From NCBI GenBank assembly GCA_043228905.1, contig JBHGNT010000017.1:16306001-16370000 (forward strand): a stretch of DNA of 64,000 bases, given 5' to 3'. Positions 60,387-64,000 of this stretch are shown here, in pieces. Both the position numbers and the translations under genes were made by a program. The stretch is from Azolla caroliniana. Its lineage: Eukaryota > Plantae > Polypodiophyta. The notes under the pieces were generated by a model. The model did no database searches and had not been told where the DNA came from. It saw nothing but the letters and a program-made list of their open reading frames with translations. Numbering within the stretch: position 1 is the first letter of the stretch; every line of letters starts with the position of its first letter.

Positions 60387-62851
60387 TGTTGAGAGACAAG
60401 CTCAACATTTGTGCGTAATACGATGCGTAACTAGTGCGTAGACTGGGTGCATAAAACCGGTACGTAGACCGGTGTGAAGACAGGCCGTATTGGTGCGTAG
60501 GCCGAAAGGCCGTTAGAAAGATATTCCTCGTAAGGAATAGTTTTGGGAGTAAGTGTCGAGGCTCATTTATGAGCAGTCAAGTACTGCTAGTACTTGTGTC
60601 AGCCCATTGTCAGGGCTTGTATAAAAGTGCTCACTGAGCACATCCTATGTAGAGATTGAGTATTATTTTTCGAATTTAAGTTCTTGAGTTACTCTCTCTC
60701 TCAGTCTCTTCTGTGCGTACTGTGCAAATCTAAGCTTTCCATTAAACCTGCGTTTTTTGTTGTTTGGTTTTCCTATATTGCTTTCGCACGTCATTCTTTT
60801 CATGGTATCAGAGCGCGAGGGTTGAGAACCTCTGCAGCTGACTTTGATTGAAGAAGTCCCTTTACGGACTGAAGCAAGCCCCACGTGCCTGGAATGCGAA
60901 AATCACGCATCGGCTGCGTCGGATGGGCTTTGCGATGTCAAAATCGGACTCCTCGTTGTTCATTCGGAAAGGTCGACTTGGGCCAGTCAGTATTTTACTC
61001 TATGTTGATGACTTGGTCATCATCGGCGCTGACCTAGGTGAAATCAACCGGCTCTAGCTTGCGGCATCATTCGACATGAAGGATCTTGGGGACCTTCATT
61101 ACTTCCTCGGGATCGAAGTGATCCGCACCCCCGAAGGCATACTAATCAGCCAACGTCATTATGCGCTGAATATGCTCTTCAAATTTGGGATAGCAGACTG
61201 TAAGTCCGTCTCGACTCCTCTGGATAGAACTGTCAAGCTTTGCCCCAATTCCGGCAAGTTTTGTGATCCGACAAGGTTCCGACAAGTTGTCGGAAGCCTT
61301 ATCTACTTGACAATCACCCGACCCGATCTCAGTTATCCAGTCGGGGTGATCAGTCAGTTCATGGCGCGACCTACCAAGGAGCACCTTTAGTGTGCGCAAC
61401 GCATACTGCGGTACGTAAGCGGCACTAAGGACCGGGGACTGCTATATCGGACCGACACAGCCCCGCAGTTGGTCGGCTACACTGATGCCGACTGGGCCGA
61501 CAATGTTGCTGATCGCCGATCCATGTCTGGATATGCGTTCTCTCTTGGGAGTGCCGCGATAGCGTGGAGTAGCAAGAAGCAGCCGACAGTTGCACTGTCG
61601 AGTACCGAAGCCGAGTATAGAGGAGCGGCTGTCGCAACATGCGAAGCCATATGGTTGAAGCAGCTACTTAAGGATCTGCAGGTGGAGGTGTCCGATCCAA
61701 CGACGATCTACTGCGACAACCTCAGCAACATCCAACTCGCGAAGAACCCCGTCTTCCACGCACGGATCAAGCACATTGAGGTGCACTACCATTTTGTCCG
61801 TGAGCGTGTCCTTTTTGGTGAAGTCGAACTTCAATATGTTCCGACGGATCGGCAGACCGCCGACATCTTCACCAAGTCTATTGGTTTGGGCAAGATGCGG
61901 CAATTTTCGGGTGCGCTTGGGTTGCGTCACCTCGATGTGCCGAACTTGAGGGGGAGAAACGTTCCAGATAACCATGAAAGGGAGCATGAAAGGAGCGAAA
62001 AGAAAAAACCTCGGATCGGCTGAAGAAGCCGAGAGCGGATCCGCGGAAGAATTCGAAAGCGGACCCAAGGGGAGTAGCAGAAAGAAAGAGCCAAAGCCAA
62101 CCAGGCATGGGGGAGATGACGCCGTCAAGGGCGAGAAGACCGGAGCCGAGTTGGAGACAACCAACTCAGACGAGAGCAAAAACCGATCGGAGGTAGCCGA
62201 GTTAGTTCAGATGTTTAATTCAAATACATTGAATCAACTGAGGGCCAAGCAGAAAAGAAGGCAGCAGGAGAAGCGCCAACACCGCGACAGCAAGGGACCT
62301 GTGAAGGGCCGTGGGAGCAGACAAGTCGACCAGAAGGGTCGAAGCGCACGGAGTCGAATAGGCCGAGGAGCAAGGAGAAGCCGGAGCGTAGGTCCGGCAG
62401 AGCAAGCGAAACCTCAAGTTGAGCTTGAGGGGGAGTGTTGAGAGACAAGCTCAACATTTGTGCGTAATACGATGCGTAACCAGTGCATAGACTGGGTGCA
62501 TAAAACCGGTATGCAGACCGGTGTGAAGAAAGGCCGTATCGGTGCGTAGACCGAAAGGCCATTAGAAAGATATTCCTCGTAAGGAATAGTTTTGGGAGTA
62601 AGTGTCGAGGCTCATTTATGAGCAGTCAAGTACTGCCAGTACCTGTGTCAACCCATTGTCAGGGCTTGTATAAAAGTGCTCACTGAGCACATCCTATGTA
62701 GAGATTGAGTATTATTTTTCGAATTTAAGTTCTTGAGTTACTCTCTCTCTCAGTCTCTTCTGTGCGTACTGTGCAAACCTAAGCTTTCCATTAAACCTGC
62801 GTTTTCTGTTGTTCGGTTTTCCTATATTGCTTCCGCACGTCATTCTTTTCA
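60387..62851 (+). mobile_element. internally deleted copia element (2465 bp) with both LTRs
   Basis: LTRs 60387-60802 and 62436-62851 (416 bp, ~15 differences by eye); TSD ATATC at 60382-60386 and 62852-62856; Met PBS 60803-60814; only the RT C-half and RNase H remain (60848-61950); PPT 62424-62435. Confidence 0.96.
60848..62023 (+). pseudogene. copia RT C-terminal half and RNase H
   Basis: SLYGLKQAPRAW, YVDD, TRPDLSY, GYTDADWA, CDNLS, ADIFTK. Confidence 0.92.
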
Positions 62852-63159
62852 ATATCGCGCGTTGGCGAGGACGAAGTGCTGCAGCAGAACCGAGTGCCGG
62901 TCTCTCTCTCTCTCCTCAAATCGTCGTTCTCTTCAGGTGTCGGGAGTTCGTTGACTCTGCTTCGTGGACAACCCGTGTGCTTCTAGCAGAGTCTCTCTCT
63001 CCTTCCCCTTTCCCCTCTTGTTTCTTCGAGTCGTGTGGTTGTCGTCGGTGTGCGTGAGTAGGACCCCGTGTCGGGTCCATTACCGGGTTGCCGATTGTAA
63101 GCTACTGACTATAGTAATCAGATTCCTATTTTTCTTGATCTTAGTCTCTCTATGTGTGC

Positions 63160-63190
<31 letters not shown>

Positions 63191-63255
63191 CTTGGTCCGA
63201 GACCCCCGTGGTCCCGCCTCTTTCTCCACGCACACGTGTAACAACGCGACATATT

Positions 63256-63273
63256 TGGTGAACCCGACGTGAA
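63256..63273 (+). promoter_or_regulatory. primer-binding site complementary to cytosolic tRNA-Trp
   Basis: TGGTGAACCCGACGTGAA is the reverse complement of the plant tRNA-Trp 3' end (...TTCACGTCGGGTTCACCA, recalled), 4 nt after the LTR end. Confidence 0.8.
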
Positions 63274-63295
63274 AGGGCGGCAAAGGAGTCGAAAG

Positions 63296-64000
63296 ATGAG
63301 GGGATCAGAGCTAGCAGAGGCAATGGCGGTAACCGTCGACCGGCTGGTGAGCGCTCGTGAGGGGACGGGTACCCTCGATAGAGCCATTGAATCGATCGTT
63401 GGCTCTATAGGCCGGTTCGGAGGGAAAGACGCCACAAGTTATTTGGAGGCTTACTGGGCCGAAATGATCATGAGGGATATCCCGGTGGACAGGCGGTTGT
63501 CCAGATTCCCTCGGGTGGTGATGCCGGGCATCCACGTGGAGGTGCTCGAGGTGTTGGCCGGATACCAGACTTGGGAGGAGTTCGAGCTGCAGCTCCTTGA
63601 GAAGTACGGGTTTGACGACTCGCTTCGGCTGTCGAGGCGGGACTTCATGGTGTGGGTGGAAAGCCCCGGAAAGGGGAGGAACACGTCAGTGCTCCTCCAG
63701 GAGTTCGAAAAACGGTTCGCATGGCTATCGACGCTGGACCGGACGATGCTCAAAACGAGTCGAGTACTACTGTTTGTCAAGTCGGTGGACGTGCTGGACA
63801 GGGAAAAGGTGGGTCCCCTATTGGAAACGGACGAAGGGCTCACGGCACACTGGGCAGTGGTAAAACGGGTCTGCATCCGTTTCGACAAACTGCGTGATTG
63901 GAGCGACGGAAGCTCGTCGGGGTCAGGGCCGGTGCCGGGGAGGAGGCTCGAGGAGCCGGTATCGGTGCCGGCCGGTAGGAAGGAAGAGACCCGAATCTGG
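63296..64000 (+). CDS. Gag-like ORF, 3' partial
   Basis: Open frame MRGSELAEAMAVTVDRL...RFGGKDATSYLEAY...TWEEFE...EFEKRF directly after the PBS. I see no stop before the window end. Confidence 0.8.
   Translation, partial: MRGSELAEAMAVTVDRLVSAREGTGTLDRAIESIVGSIGRFGGKDATSYLEAYWAEMIMRDIPVDRRLSRFPRVVMPGIHVEVLEVLAGYQTWEEFELQLLEKYGFDDSLRLSRRDFMVWVESPGKGRNTSVLLQEFEKRFAWLSTLDRTMLKTSRVLLFVKSVDVLDREKVGPLLETDEGLTAHWAVVKRVCIRFDKLRDWSDGSSSGSGPVPGRRLEEPVSVPAGRKEETRIW

Larger units (their letters stand above)
60134..64000 (+). mobile_element. Ty3/gypsy-type element: 5' LTR (60134-60386 + 62857-63251), tRNA-Trp PBS, gag running off the right edge
   Basis: TGTCGTG...CGCGACA termini; PBS TGGTGAACCCGACGTGAA at 63256-63273; open frame from 63296. 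Confidence 0.85.

Noticed and set aside
61974-62441. env-like gene in the copia element
   Set aside because: The ORF is hydrophilic and charged, with no signal peptide or transmembrane segment.

Overview
Eukaryotic, TE-dense plant nuclear DNA; the TE lineages present suggest a non-seed land plant such as a fern or lycophyte (inference). I can model only one host gene: an intact 8-exon short-chain dehydrogenase/reductase (TIC32-like, 354 aa, + strand, 32365-38627) with minisatellites in introns 1 and 2. The rest is nested, mostly decayed retroelements: several Ty1/copia elements and solo LTRs, two related chromovirus-type Ty3/gypsy copies (one full length, 15182-20774, with TSD), a tRNA-Trp-primed gypsy at the right end, four L1-like LINEs and three fragments of an RTEX-like non-LTR family. 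The most notable signals are in the chromovirus family and related LTRs. (i) A tRNA-independent self-priming PBS is complementary to the predicted transcript 5' end and co-varies between the two copies. (ii) Antisense tRNA-like A-box/B-box modules sit at the U3 edge of three different LTR families. (iii) A G-UUA-AAC slippery site plus hairpin/pseudoknot is intact in one copy and deleted in the other. Coordinates and counts were read by eye; no database searches were run.
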